Origin: Octopus vulgaris
Taxonomy: Eukaryota
Assembly (NCBI GenBank): GCA_951406725.2
Contig: OX597823.1
Location: forward strand, 50,158,001 to 50,222,000
Direction: 5' to 3'
DNA: 64,000 bases
This document shows positions 1 to 12,887 of this stretch, piece after piece (positions within the stretch are counted from its first letter, which is position 1; each line of letters begins with the position of its first letter). Below the pieces are notes generated by a model. It saw only the letters and a program-made list of their open reading frames with translations. It ran no database searches and was not told the origin of the DNA. The position numbers and the translations under genes were made by a program.

Positions 1-4
1 TAAT

Positions 5-335
5 AATGACACATGCACTGATTCAATATCACTTCTTTATTGTTAGCCAAATGGTTAAATGTCTAACCAATTAATTGATCATTTGCTTAATGTGCTGGTT
101 AAACAAACTCTTAGTTGGCTGTTTGTCAAAGTGTCTTGAGACAGACTCAAGGCAGACCTTGAAGGGAGAGAGCATGTCCTCAAGAAGGTTGCAAAGAACG
201 ACAAAAGGACTTCACAAACAAACAACCGACCGATTGGTTGTTTAACCAGCACATTAAACAAATGGTCAATTGGTTGGTTTTATATTCAATCACCTAACAA
301 TAATGAAGTGATATTGAACCAGTGCATGTGTTATT
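5..335. mobile_element. Foldback MITE, possibly cut by the window edge
   Basis: Bases ~5-130 (aatgacacatgcactgattcaatatcacttc...) are the imperfect reverse complement of ~205-335 (...gaagtgatattgaaccagtgcatgtgttatt). Confidence 0.8.
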
Positions 336-559
336 CACATAATGACCCTCCCAATACACAAAATATTTTGTGCCAAATTTTAATGTACATATTTTCAATT
401 TGTTGACAGAAATTATAATTATAAGGTAAAGAACTTTTCTTGATAAAAATATCTTTTTCATATTTTTGAATAATGATTCCTAACTAAAATATTAATATTT
501 TCAGAATTTTATCAGTTGACACAAAACTTTGATGACATCAAACAGAAAAAGAAAATACC

Positions 560-1130
560 AGACAAGTTCCTCAGTTATAGCTTCACAGAAACAGAAAACA
601 AAAGGCAAATGATGCCATAATGTGTTGTCAGCTCGAAAAGTACTAACTTGAAGTGTTTTCAGCAGATTCCTTTTAAAAGATCCTCAACATTTGAAACACA
701 GCTCTTTCTTCTAACCCATGGGAATACATGGAAAATTTAGAAATAGCTGTCAAAAGGCGAAAATTAGAAAAAAAAAAAAAAAGTTGCATTTTAGTAACTT
801 GCAGCATCAAGAACCAGCTCTAAAGTTGCCTTGTTGTCTACCTGAAACAAAAAGTCATATACAATTGGAAAAGAATTGGTAAACCTGTAGCTATGAAAAC
901 GACAGAAATCTTGTGTAACCAGAAAAGAGCCATGTAACTTACTTCGGTGACTTTGTCAGTAAGAGTTATGAAAAAAGCAAACAATTAGCAGATAAACCCA
1001 AGAGAGCTAAGGTTATGTTGTACTAATCCAAACTATAGCTGTCAGCATTAATTAACAATGGATTATTTGTCACAGGTGTTCAGATGCAATTGAAAAGGAA
1101 GAAATGTTGTCCGGTTTGCCACTTGAGATC
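560..1130 (+). mobile_element. Decayed hAT (Charlie/Buster, ZBED5/SCAND3-like) transposase fragment
   Basis: Region ~800-920 translates to AASRTSSKVALLST*NKKSYTIGKELV/PVAMKTTEILC, which resembles the family motif ASYxVAxxIAKxKKPHTIGExLIKP. Has stops and frameshifts; boundaries approximate. Confidence 0.65.
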
Positions 1131-1149
1131 TTGTGAAACTGAAGGGTTC

Positions 1150-1370
1150 TTAGAATTCACATTATTCTGTCAGAAGTAATGCTTCTTTATTCTCACTGTT
1201 TTATATTTAATCATGCATTATGTTGTAGCTTTGAGATTTTGAAGAAGTAACTGTTAACTTTTAAAATGATATTGTAGGGTTGGTGTGAGATGTCAGATGT
1301 GGCAAGTTTGGTAATAGAACAGGTAGAATATTTTGGCTGGGCATGGCCAGTTTAAATGCTAAAGGATTAA
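1150..1370. mobile_element. TTAA-type (piggyBac-like) MITE
   Basis: Ends in aaatgctaaaggattaa. The body matches a second copy starting at 4938 (ccttttagcattcagattact...). Confidence 0.6.
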
Positions 1371-1534
1371 CAATGCAGACAATGCTTATTTTAAACTCTA
1401 CATACTGATGACATTGGATGTTAGTGTAGCCCTGCAGCTTGACAGTTTCCTGTCAAACCATGCTATCCATGCCAGCAAGGAATGTGGATGTTAAATGATA
1501 CCTACTACCACACATACACAGATATGTATATATT

Positions 1535-1830
1535 GAGCTGAGAGATAGGCCCTTTGTTGCCAGCAGGGGTAGGAGTTCTCTGAACTTTGCCCAACCTAAA
1601 CTTATTCTCATAGCTATGATCTTGGAGCATCCACCTCCACTACTAACTTGGTCACCTAGATAACGGAAGCTATCTACTACCTGTAGCTTGCCCCACTGAG
1701 AGTTGATGGAGTTTATTTTCTGAACATTTTCAGCGTTTATTATACCTGTGCACCTTCCACATGCAAAAGTTAGTTCCCTGTTAAACTTCCTCTGATGGTG
1801 CTGCACCTTTTATGTGTCCTAAGCTATGCA
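1535..1830 (-). mobile_element. RTE-clade LINE reverse-transcriptase fragment
   Basis: ORF 1453-1806 contains LQVVDSFRYLGDQVSSGGGC...RISLGWAKFRELLPLL, the LINE RT thumb region with the FxYLG motif. A LINE-type 3' tail lies on + at ~1445-1500. Confidence 0.85.
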
Positions 1831-1842
1831 TATACATATATC

Positions 1843-1988
1843 TGGACCAAAACAGTTTGATTTAAATTCCTTGGTACTTTAAGTTTCAAAGTGAGATGCT
1901 AATCCTCAGCCATTGGAAATTTGAATCATTCAAATTTCCACACGCTTTGTAACTCAGAGTACCAAGGAATCTCAAACTGTTTTGATCC
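1843..1988. mobile_element. Short palindromic MITE / hairpin
   Basis: Pairs ggaccaaaacagtttga / tcaaactgttttgatcc and attccttggtact / agtaccaaggaat, plus an inner hairpin tggaaatttgaat-c-attcaaatttcca. Confidence 0.75.
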
Positions 1989-2211
1989 ATACATGTAACT
2001 CCCAATAAATGTGTTGAGTGTCCTTCTTTCATTTGTCCACTGTCTCATATATATGCCTATGTGATTAAGAAATTTGCCTGCATGACTAAGAAATTTGCTT
2101 CCAAGTCACATGACTTTGGTTTCAGTCCTACTCCTGTGACACCTTGACCAAATGTCTTCTACTATAGCCCCAGGTAGTAGAAAGAGACACAAAAGCAACC
2201 ACCAACACCTA

Positions 2212-2216
<5 letters not shown>

Positions 2217-2299
<83 letters not shown>

Positions 2300-2317
2300 G
2301 ACATATATATATATATA
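2217..2317. repeat. (TA)n/(CA)n microsatellite
   Basis: Visible directly. Preceded by a decayed SINE-A head at ~2055-2175. Confidence 0.95.
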
Positions 2318-3183
2318 AAGCACATAGGTATTTGTGGTTGTTTTTGTGTCTATTTGTTTTCATGTGTGATAGAAGTAGATGAGTGTTGCTATTATACAGA
2401 CTATGTCTATCATTTCCAATGTTCTGTGAAAGAAATATTACCTTGTTTGAAAACAGAGGAGAGATGGTGACAGAAAGGACATCTGGCTATATAAAATCTA
2501 CCTCAACAGATCAAGTCTAACTGATGCAAGCATGAAAAAGCAGACATTAAACCAATGATGGTGATGATCACCATAATGATATCTCATCTACCATACAAAA
2601 CGGAGCTCTAGAAACTGAAGATTACTTTCAGTTACCAAAATCAATAGAGCTTGTTCGTCACATATTACAACACTTAAGAGACAGCTATCAAGTTACATTA
2701 AAAAATGACACATGAACTAAAAGTCAGGCTTTAGGCTAAATATCACACAATCTTCTCTTTCATTTACTCATTTAATCACCTGTTATTTTTTTTTTATTTT
2801 GACCAATTTATTTCTTATTTATTTTATTATTATTTTTTTTTTTTTTTGCAGTGAGAGGTGTTGGCAGGGAAAGCATAACTATGAATACAGAGAGAAAGTA
2901 AACAGAAATATGCATGGAATACCGTGCTTAATTAAAAAGAATCAGTATTTAAATTAGACAACAATCTATGCTTAAAACAAAAATTTTTTTTTAATGTAGG
3001 ATGCCATTAAGAGGGAAAACAAACAAAAACAGTGAGTGTGAACAGCCTTGAGAAAGATTAACAATTGAAGTATAAACAATAACAAATATTTTTCAATAAA
3101 ATAAAATAGTGCTTTATTATAGCCAAGTATAATGGAAGTGAATGCAACTGGTGGTATGAGTAGTGTGGAGAAATGAGAATACA

Positions 3184-3600
3184 GGTGCAAGTGTGGCTGT
3201 TTAGTAAGAAGCTTGCTTCCCAACCACATGATTCTAAGTTCAATCCCAAAGCATAGCATTTTGGAGAAGTGCTTTCTACTATAGCCCCTCATCAAACAAA
3301 GCCTTGGGAGTGGATTTTCTGAATGAAAATTGAAAGAAGCTCATCATGTATGCATGTACATATATGTGATGTTTATATTTATATATATATATATATATAT
3401 ATATTCTCTGGGTTTGTCCAACAGCTATCACCACCACTTGACAATGGGTGTTTGTTGATTTATGTCCCCATTAAATAGCAGTTTGGTGAAAGAGACCAAC
3501 AGAATTAGTAACCAGGCTTAAAAATATAGTACTGGGGTCAATTTGTTCAACTAAAACTCTATCTGTTTGACTAAAACCCCCAGCATGGCCACAGTCTAAA
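3184..3600 (+). mobile_element. SINE family A, decayed (CpG-depleted)
   Basis: tRNA-like head (gtgtggctgtttagtaagaag...agttcaatccc), internal (TA)n and 3' cagcatggccacagtc. Aligns to 43282-43691. Confidence 0.85.
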
Positions 3601-3794
3601 CAAGATAAACAATATGTACTGTTGTGTTCATGATATTGTGTGGAAATGAAGTCTCCCACCACAACCAATAAATGAAAACAAATAACCAGCTCATTTAAGA
3701 GTACCCTTCAGTTGTTGGGTAATATGCTGTGCTTGAGAAGACCTGTTGAGTCAAGTGAAATCCTTGTCATGGCTGATGCCAGTACCACCTGACT

Positions 3795-4250
3795 CTGCTT
3801 TTCATCCTTTCGGAGTTGATTAAATAAATACCATTTATGCACTGGAGTCAATATAATTGGCTTAATCTGTTCATCTGTCCTTGTTTGTCCCCTCTGTGTT
3901 TAGCCCCTTGTGGGTAGTAAAGAAATAGGTATTTTGGGCAAGAGTCTTCTACTATAGCCTGGGTCTGACAAAAGCTTTATTAGTAGATTTGGTCGACAAA
4001 AACTATAAAAACGTTATGTGTGTGTGTGTGTCCATGTTGCATTTGTCCTCCACCACCACCACTTGAAAACCAGTTTTGGCCTATGCTACTGTAACTTAAC
4101 AGTTTGGCAAAAGTGACAGATTAAGTACTGGACTAAAAAAAAAAAATGAAAAGAGAAAAAAGTAGGTACAAGGATCAGTTCATTCAACTAAACCCTTCAA
4201 GGTGGTCCTCTAGCATGGTCACAGTCCAATGAGCGAAACATGTATAAAAG
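3795..4250 (+). mobile_element. 3' half of SINE B followed by a headless SINE A
   Basis: tttcatcctttcggagttgat...gtagtaaagaaata (B), then tcttctactatagcc...agcatggtcacagtccaatg (A). Confidence 0.8.
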
Positions 4251-4937
4251 ACAAACAATACTTGTTCAGGTATTACTCTACATTGTTTTATCTTTCCAAG
4301 TTTCCTCGTTTACTAATTGCTTCCCATTATCTAAGCTCTCCCCTTCTATTCTCTGTGAGTGTTTAGTGTACACTGTACAGTGATTTTCAGGAAATGGAGC
4401 TAGAATTTTATATATTTTCAGAACAATTTATTTCTTTGTTTTTCTTTGCTCCCCAACTTCCACTTTGATTCCTATACCCTCAAAGTTAATAAGAGAATGC
4501 AGAAAATTTTACCATATTTCAAAGCTTCACAACCTCAAAAGTATTGATTTTTTTCATCAAATATTACACACACATAATATATATTATTTAATAGAGAACA
4601 TCTAAAAAGGGTAAATCTAAAACAAAAATATTCACTTATTTTTTCACATATACTTACAAAAAACATGAAAGAGAAGGATTAAAGGCATTCCAGTTATGCT
4701 GATATTCTCTATCCGCTCTATTCAGTGACTACATTATCAAATGTATCCTAGCTTCTCCAAGATGATAGAGTGAGATTTGCAAGAAATTTGGCTATTATTT
4801 CTAGCAGGTTAAGCAGCTATGCAGAGACTCCTACACTGACCCATGGTGAGCACTACTGAAAATCAGAGTCAAAAACCAAGCAAACAATTTATAACCAATC
4901 AAGCAATTTGTACAACCAAAAGGTTATAAATATTTAT

Positions 4938-5427
4938 GACCTTTTAGCATTCAGATTACTCGTCAAATGTAATGCTTATTTATTCATACTGTCTTGAATT
5001 TAGTTTGCATTATTTCATAGCTTTGAATTTTGATGATGTGATTGCTTATTTTTAGAATGACATTGTAGGGTAGGTGTAAGAGGTTGGATCTGGTCAGTTT
5101 AACAGGTGATCTGTTACGACCTGTTAATGGAACTTACTGGTGGTGCCACATATACATTGTACACTGTTTAATTACAAGGAAGCGTCAATTTCTTTTTTTG
5201 CACTTTTAAAATGTTTCATAATTAAACTTCAATATTTAGCACTCATGATAGTTAAATATCCTTGAAACCATGCCGAAGATATAAAATAAAATATTTACTT
5301 AAATTATGAAAATGTACTACCAGTGGTGCACATGGCAGTTAATGTGTTAAACATTTAGAATATTTAGGAAGAGATATTCTTTCATTCAGTAATGCTGTTG
5401 CAGTCATGCTGAAGCACTAAAGAGTTA
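4938..5427. mobile_element. TTAA-type MITE with an internal insertion (~5110-5350)
   Basis: Left part matches 1150-1320. Similarity resumes near 5350 and ends in gcactaaagagttaa. Confidence 0.5.
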
Positions 5428-6196
5428 AAAGCCAGTCTCAATTTTCATTTAAAATTGATTCTCCGACAGATGACCTTGAAACAGTCTAAAAACATTACTA
5501 TCTCTGAAAAATTACAGATCAATGATCCAGAAATGATAAATATTTATGTAATTCAAATACTTTGTAACAGAAGAGTTGGCTGTCTATAATAAAGAGACAA
5601 TGCCAATTATTTAGCATTTTATTTAGAGTAAAACATACATAGTCTTTTCTTATATTCTAATGGATAATTCTATTGCTTTCTCTCAAACTCTAAAATAGTT
5701 GAATATCATTCAACCACTACCGTGGATGGATATATTCTTAAGTCCATCATTTCATCAATCGCAGCAGCTTCCAAGCTTCACCACTAATTCAGTTCTCAAC
5801 TAAACTGCAAACTGTTAATAGTTTTAAAGAGGACACCTCCTCAGCTATACTTTGGCATAAATAGTTTGAGATTTGGTCCAGTAGAAAAAAAATTACATCA
5901 AAATATCTGCAATCTCAAGGGGGGCAGTTATGTAGATATTCATCTTTAATTAATATAAATTTAAACTAAAAGTATACCTTTCTTAGGCTTAAATGATAGA
6001 AAAATGCATGAGGAATTCAGAATTGCTAGTTGCATTGAACAAAAATTAGTAGCAAAAGTGTTATGAGGTAAAATGTTACGAAATTTCATGTCAGGAAGTA
6101 ACTATTTCTCTCAGAGATTTTCACTTTGAAGAATTTCACTGGAAGTTTTTTGCACCACCATACTAAGACTGTATTCTTACTTCCATTAGTAAGTTG

Positions 6197-6450
6197 TTTA
6201 TGGAAGACCAGCAGTCACCCATGCATACCAGCTTCCCCTCTCCACACCACTATTATCCAAGGGAAAGGTAAAGGCTGATACAGCTTGGTACCTGTGACAC
6301 TGCAACTCCTTTATACAGCTAAGTGAAAACTTGAGCAACATGAAATAAAGTGTTTTGCTCAAGAACACAACACAGCTTGGTCTGGTAATCAAACTCACTA
6401 ATTCATGACCATGTGCCCGACGTTCTAACCACTGAGCCAAGCACCTTCAC
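6197..6450 (-). mobile_element. SINE with a family C-like tRNA head and an alternative 3' body
   Basis: Minus strand reads GAAGGTGCTTGGCTCAGTGGTTAGAACG...GAGTTTGATTACC...TTGAGCAAAACACTTTATTTCA. Confidence 0.75.
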
Positions 6451-7544
6451 ATTGTATGTGTGTGTGTGTATATTTATATATGAACCATGTATAACCATTG
6501 CATTCTCAACAGTATGTTGATCTCTCCATACCCACCATGTTCCATGACTTCATTGAACACTTTTTCTGACATGAAGTGAATTTTGTAGATGGAAACTGTG
6601 TGGAAGCCAATTGTGTGTGAGTGTGTGTGTGTGTGTGTGTGCACACATTTTTGTGCCTGCATTTATTCCTCCACTACTTCACAACTAGTGACAATTTGTC
6701 TCCAGAACAAAGCACTTCAGTAAAAGAGACCAACAAAGTAAGGGCTTAGTCAAACTGTTCAGCCAAACCCTTCAAGGCCATGTCCCAGCATAGCAACAGC
6801 CTAATGACAGAAACAAAAGTTTTTGGTAAATGAAGTCCACAGTAGGTGACTTGATCAGAGACCATGTGTTGAAACTGAAGCAGCTACAGCACGAAAGAGC
6901 CATATTTTAATCATTTAACAACATAGAAATTGTTAAAGTCATTTTCCATTTATTTCTTGAGGTGTCAAAATTCATTTCTCAAGTTGCAACAGAATTGCAT
7001 CAATGATTAGATTGCAGTTGCCTGATGAGAAAATTCTGACACCTCATGAAATAAAAGGAAAGCAAATTTAGCAGATTTTGGTGTGTTTTTAAATGGCTAA
7101 AATGACTTTTCTATAATGGAATCTATAGCTCAGGTTTAATATCCAATAAACAGATCATTTGTTAATTTGATAGTCTTGGCAAAAGTAACAACAGTGTATG
7201 GTTCCAAGCAGGTAAGGTATTTATACTACCAATACTTGGGTCACGAGTTAAAATATACTACAAGCTTTTCACTGTGTTTCAGGAATAGATAACTGATACT
7301 ATGAGGATGTTAGCTGTCACATACCAATATCCTGTCATCGTTATCATTGTTTTAAAGTTTGTCATTTCATGCTTGTATGAGTTGGATGGAGTTTTTATTG
7401 ATGTAGATTTTCCTATCACCAACCTTTATTTGTTACCAAGCAAGCTAATATTTTCCCATGTCCACACGTTTTTGCAGAACACTGAAAATAAATGACGCTG
7501 CTTGTATGACAGTGACACTCATTTACATCAATCATACTATGTCA

Positions 7545-8070
7545 AGACAAGGAGACATAAAAACACATGCACACACGCGCGTGCGCGATAGGCTTCTTTC
7601 AGTCTCCAAATCCACTCACGACTGGCACTCTATTGGTTACAACAACAAGAGCTCCAATCAACGGAAGAGCCTGCTTGCAAAATTAATGTGTAATTGACTG
7701 AGCACTCCACAGACATGCATACCCTTAATGGTGATCTCAGGGATATTCAATGTGACACAGAATGTGATAAGGCCCTTTGAAATACAGGCACTATTTATTT
7801 TTGCCGGCTGAATGGAATGAAGCAACAATGGAATAAAGCATCTTGCTCAAGGGGACAACATGCTGTCAGTAATCAAACTCAAGAACTCATGATTGTAAGT
7901 CAAATACCCCTTACAGCTAAGCCATGCCCTTTCATTTAAATTCACTCCCAAGGTTTTGGTTGGCATGAGCCTATATTAGAAGACACCCAGGATTCTACAC
8001 AATACAGTTGAACTAAAAACCATGAGAATTTGGAAGCAATCTTCCTAACCATACAGCCACACCTGTACCT
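7545..8070 (-). mobile_element. SINE A split by a SINE C-like insertion (~7620-7935)
   Basis: aaatccactcac at ~7610 resumes as aaattcactcccaagg at ~7940. The intervening part matches 40770-41020 and 45417-45600. Confidence 0.75.
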
Positions 8071-8849
8071 TTGTAGAAAATAAAATTCTCATCCATTTAA
8101 TACTATAAAATCATAATGACCTTATCAGCTCCTGAATATGACATTAGAAACAAAATGCATAAATGAATAAAGAACATATGTATCAAGTTCAAATTTTTTT
8201 CATTGTTTCCAGTCAGAATAATTCTATATGCTTTATCTGAAATTTATGGAAAACATGAAATAGAAAAAAAAGTTTTGTCCCCCCAGGTGGTAGGAGATTT
8301 ACCTGTCATTGACTTTAATATTAAAGAGTCCCCAGTCATTTAACATTTTATAAATATCTCTTGTTTGGCTGGGACATGTGAGATAATTTATCATGATTAA
8401 TTAAGAAATTATTTTAGCTATGACAGTTATGCAGCATTAACTCCTTGGGTTATCAAACTACTTAATTTACTTTCTTTCTAACATGACAGGACAATGTTTC
8501 CTGAGCAGAGTCACAGAAAGAAAATAAATAAATAAATAAATATTGGAAGAAGCATTGTTATAAAATATAATAGTTTCAAATGTCAAGACAATGCCAAAAA
8601 CTGGAGTGGGTGAAGGAAGAAACAGTTGATTAGATCAACATCAGTAGTTGACTGGTTCATATATCACCAACAGCCTGAAGGATAAAAAGTGAATCTGACA
8701 CCAGTAGAATATGAACTAAGTGTAAACATGTAACTCTTAAATGCTGGAAGCACAGGTATGGATAACTGAGTCAGGATACTATATTATTAAGTATCATAAA
8801 ACTCACTAAATGTAGTAGACTGTTTTCATTGAGATATGATATATATTTT

Positions 8850-9830
8850 ATTTTTTGTTTCAGTTATTTCACAGCAACTATGGTGGAGCACACCGCCTTG
8901 GAGGGATTTAGTCGAACAAAGTGGACTTGTTTGTTTTTTGTTTTTAAAGCCTACTTTTATTCTATCAATTCTCTTTTGCCAAACCATTAAGTTATGGGGA
9001 TGCAAACACACTAACACAGATTGTTAAGCAGTGGTGGAAGACAAACACAGACACATTTTCAATATATATATAAGAAAAAATTATTAAATAGTACAATACA
9101 GTAGTATTGCTTCTCAGCAAAACAAAGCACCATCAGCTTAAAGTATAAATATAGGATAGTGATGTACCACGGTTTTTGTGTGTTTCTTAAATGGCTTATA
9201 AACACCTTCCATGCTGCAATTGTTTTCGTTCAAGCACACGATCTCAGATCAGGTCACTTGCTGATATCTTTGTAATATCTTTATATATAAAAGTGAAGTT
9301 GTGTGTCTGTCTCCTATGATTTAGATTCCTAACTACTCCCACATTTTGCGGTGTAGTTTAACCAAAACCGGGTATCTTATAGTCGTGATTCATATCGAGC
9401 CCTTCTGGATATTAGCGCGCGTCTACGATGAGTCTACGATTTTTAAAATAATTTACCATCATTTCTTTCCATTTTAATGCATTTTTTCGCTATTATATAA
9501 GGGAAGTAACTCTCTAAAAATGTCTACGATGAGTCAACGATTTAAAAAAAAATTTACCATAATTTTTTTCCATTTTTTTTGCTATTTTTTGGCTATAACT
9601 CTCTAAAAATGCTTATATAGTTATTTCCCTTACAAACCCGAGCAACGCCGGGCGATACTGCTAGTATATATATATATAAGAAGTTTGCTTCCCAACCGCC
9701 TGGTTCCATACAACGGGCTTCTTTCAGTTTCCGTCAACCAAATCCACCCAAGGAGCCAAGCAGTGGGACTGAGCCTGGAACCAGGCGGTTGGGAAGCAAA
9801 CTTCTTACTTATACAGCTACGCCTGAGCCT
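8850..9830 (-). mobile_element. SINE A split by nested insertions
   Basis: 3' half at ~8850-9070 and 5' half at ~9712-9830, separated by another repeat fragment and a Helitron. Confidence 0.7.
9278..9664 (+). mobile_element. Non-autonomous Helitron
   Basis: Starts A|TC (tctttatatataaaa), has a subterminal GC hairpin cccgagcaacgccggg, and ends CTAG|T. Contains an internal direct duplication (gtctacgatgagtc at ~9421 and ~9522). Confidence 0.85.
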
Positions 9831-11080
9831 ATTTATTTTCAAATAGGTATTCCAAAAATACAGGCAAACTCAAGATTTTAGGAAGTACGTACAACAACCT
9901 ATGCTAAAATAAAGCTAGATAGATACCATCACAAATAATTCTTCCATCACACACACATAAAAAAAATAAGAAGAAAATGGAAACAAAGAAAAGAAAGAAA
10001 ACTGAAACAAATAAAAAATAGACGATAGATACATAATTGATTTCAGTGAAACACTTCCTTCAAACAGCAGTTTCATGGGGGAAAAAAAAAGTTCTAATGA
10101 AATATATATATATATGAAAGAAAGTAAATATTTAAAATATAAAAAAAAGACTGCAAAACATTACTGTAAATGGTGCAATCACTGAATTCTTTTTTGATAT
10201 ATAGAAAAATAAAGGAGATTGTTAAACTGTTTGCTTTGCAGATACCGATGCAATCAACAAAAGGCTTTAGTGTTTGACTATGTCAACTGTGGATGTTTGA
10301 ATGACGTTCTAGTTTAGTGAAAAGGAGCCAGGGGAAGAGAGAACCAGGTAAGTTAACAAATGTCTACACAAATAAGAAGTGACATCTAATTTATTACTCC
10401 GTATCACAGTTACACAGTCTCTCTCTCTCTTTCTTTCTTTCTGTCTCTCTTTCTTCTTTCTTTCTCAAGAGGAAAGCTAGGTTGTAAACATAGCATCTGT
10501 TGTCTTCTTATTAAGACCGACTGACTGCTTGCTTCCTTGCTTGCCTTGTTTACATATGTAAACTGACCTTGCAACACGAAACTACATACAGAAGGCAGTG
10601 TTTCTCGTTGAGTGTATATGAATGTGTGCGCGCGCACACAACTATATACACGCACCTCAAACACGGATGTGTACATCAATCAACACATGTATAATGCAAA
10701 TTTATATACGTAAAAACCCAGATAGAGATGGAGAGAGAGAGAGAGAGATAGACACATGCATATAAAACATACTAATATGCTTAAATATATACATACTCAT
10801 ATACACATGCATTATGTATAGTTATGTGTTTATAAACCTTAGTATGTATCATGTATGTATACATACACACATCTATACACTTGTTCGTATACACGCGCGC
10901 ATAAGATAAATAGATATTCATATGAACAAACAATCCAGGTGTGTGTGTGTGTGTGTCACATACACACATATTCCATGTCAGCATGGAAACCGGATGTTAA
11001 ACCGTAATGATTCATAAGTACCCAGTAAGCTAACCAACATGTTGAACATTTCACCAGAACAGGGTTTTTTTGTGTTTTTT

Positions 11081-11468
11081 TTACTTGTTTCAGTCATTTG
11101 ACTGCGGCCATGCTGGAGCACCACCTTTAGTCGAGCAACTCGACCCCGGGACTTATTCTTTGTAAGCCCAGTACTTATTCAATCGGTCTCTTTTTGCCGA
11201 ACCGCTAAGTGACGGGGACATAAACACACCAGCATCGGTTGTCAAGCAATGCTAGGGGGACAAACACAGACATACACACACATACATATATATATATACA
11301 TATATACGACAGGCTTCTTTCAGTTTCCGTCTACCAAATCCACTCACAAGGCATTGGTCGGCCCGGGGCTATAGCAGAAGACACTTGCCCAAGATGCCAC
11401 GCAGTGGGACTGAACCCGGAACCATGTGGTTGGTAAGCAAGCTACTTACCACACAGCCACTCCTGCGC
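11081..11468 (-). mobile_element. SINE family A, full length, young
   Basis: Head GCGCAGGAGTGGCTGTGTGGTAAG...GGGTTCAGTCCCACTGCG with pol III A- and B-box-like motifs. Near-identical to 43282-43691. Confidence 0.95.
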
Positions 11469-11811
11469 TTGCCCTTCTCTTCTCTCTTTAGCCACAGCAC
11501 ATCGATATTCTGAAGGAGGGCAATCTCCTTCATGCCATAATTACTCCTTTTCACTTCGTTGAATGTAAATCTAATAATTTTGATTGCGAACTAGTCTTGC
11601 TTTTCGTTTTTTGACCCCCAACACATACACATATAAGGCAAAGGTATGCCTGTATGATTGAGAAGTTTGTTTCCCAACCAGAAGGTTTTGGGTTCAATTC
11701 CATTGGATGGCATCGTTGGCAGGTGTCTTTTGCTATAGCATTGGGTCAACAAAAGTCTTGAATGGATTTGGTAGAGGAAACCTTAAAAGAAGCCTATCAG
11801 ATATATATATG

Positions 11812-11997
11812 ATGCACTCGACGGAAGGAAAAATCATCAGCACTGGCAGAGAGCTCTTTCAAATGCAGCCGATCTATGCGTGACTGCCACTCTTGTGAGG
11901 GCTTGTACAGCCACAACAGACACTGCACCAGCATCAGCAGGTGACACGATTTCTTTGGGCGCAGATCCATAGCCTCTCGAGACTGACGGATGCCTAC
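11812..11997 (+). mobile_element. RTE/BovB-like LINE 3' end
   Basis: Translates to FKCSRSMRDCHSCEGLYSHNRHC (decayed C-terminal C2H2-like motif) and ends ctcgagactgacggatgcc. Confidence 0.7.
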
Positions 11998-12002
11998 TAT
12001 AT

Positions 12003-12240
12003 ATATTTATTTCTTTACTGCCCACAAGGGGCTAAACATAGAGGGGACAAACAAGGACAGACAAAGGGATTAAGCCGATAACATCGACCCCAGTGCGAAA
12101 CTGGTACTTTATTTATCGACCCCGAAAGGAAGAAAGGCAAAGTCGACCTCGGCAGAATTTGAACTCAGAACGTAACAACAGACGAAATACCGTTAAGCAT
12201 TTCGCCCGGCGCGCTAACGTTTCTGCCAGCTCGCCGCCTT
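12003..12240 (-). mobile_element. SINE family B, full length
   Basis: Minus strand GGCGGCGAGCTGGCAGAAACGTTAG...GAGTTCAAATTC...CCTTTCTTCCTTTCGGGGTCGATAAA (central domain resembling the MetaSINE core). Matches 18494-18720. Confidence 0.95.
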
Positions 12241-12245
12241 TATAT

Positions 12246-12463
12246 ATTGGCGGACTGGTCAGATTACCAGCTTGCCCGATGGCAAGTGGGCCCCCTGCAC
12301 CATTAGAATCCATATATGGGGGCTCATGCTAGTATCTAAGGGGGCCCATTCCCTCAAGTTTTAGAATTTTTTATTCACTCTTGAAAAAAAAATTAAATGA
12401 TAGCATTGTAGTTGCCCCCTTAGTCTCCTGGCAACCAATATTTTTAGATGCAGTCTGCCACTG
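12246..12463. mobile_element. hAT-like MITE
   Basis: Termini ttggcggactg ... cagtctgccactg. Confidence 0.6.
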
Positions 12464-12477
12464 TATATGTGTGAAAG

Positions 12478-12740
12478 AATATTACTGCACTGTTCCAAAA
12501 GTTCCAGCTCTCCTATCTAAGGTGAGGACCATGTACAGCAATAGCTTGGGATTCAAGGGTCCACAGCTATTTAACACCTTGCCAAAACATCTGAAATATT
12601 TCCATGGATGGTTGTAGATATTTTCAAGAAACAACTTGACCTCTTGCTATCCAAGATCCCAGATGAACCAATATCAAGGCAGGAAGCTCAAAAGAGGGCA
12701 GCAGTAATGAACTCCCTCCTTCACCAAAAGCCAATCACAT
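12478..12740 (+). mobile_element. CR1-group LINE 3' fragment
   Basis: YSNSLGFKGPQLFNTLPKHL...FKKQLDLLLSKIPDEP...NSLLHQ. A second copy lies at 24160-24540. Confidence 0.8.
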
Positions 12741-12840
12741 AAAATTAACCAATTAAAATGTGATTACATATAATAGAAAAATATTACATATAATAGAATA
12801 TATATATGTATATATATTCTGGTCACATGGAGGACCTATA

Positions 12841-12885
<45 letters not shown>

Positions 12886-12887
<2 letters not shown>

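Noticed and set aside
5561-5583. 23-nt minus-strand microexon (TAG|...|GTATTT)
   Set aside because: Weak donor, length not a multiple of three, and no other support.
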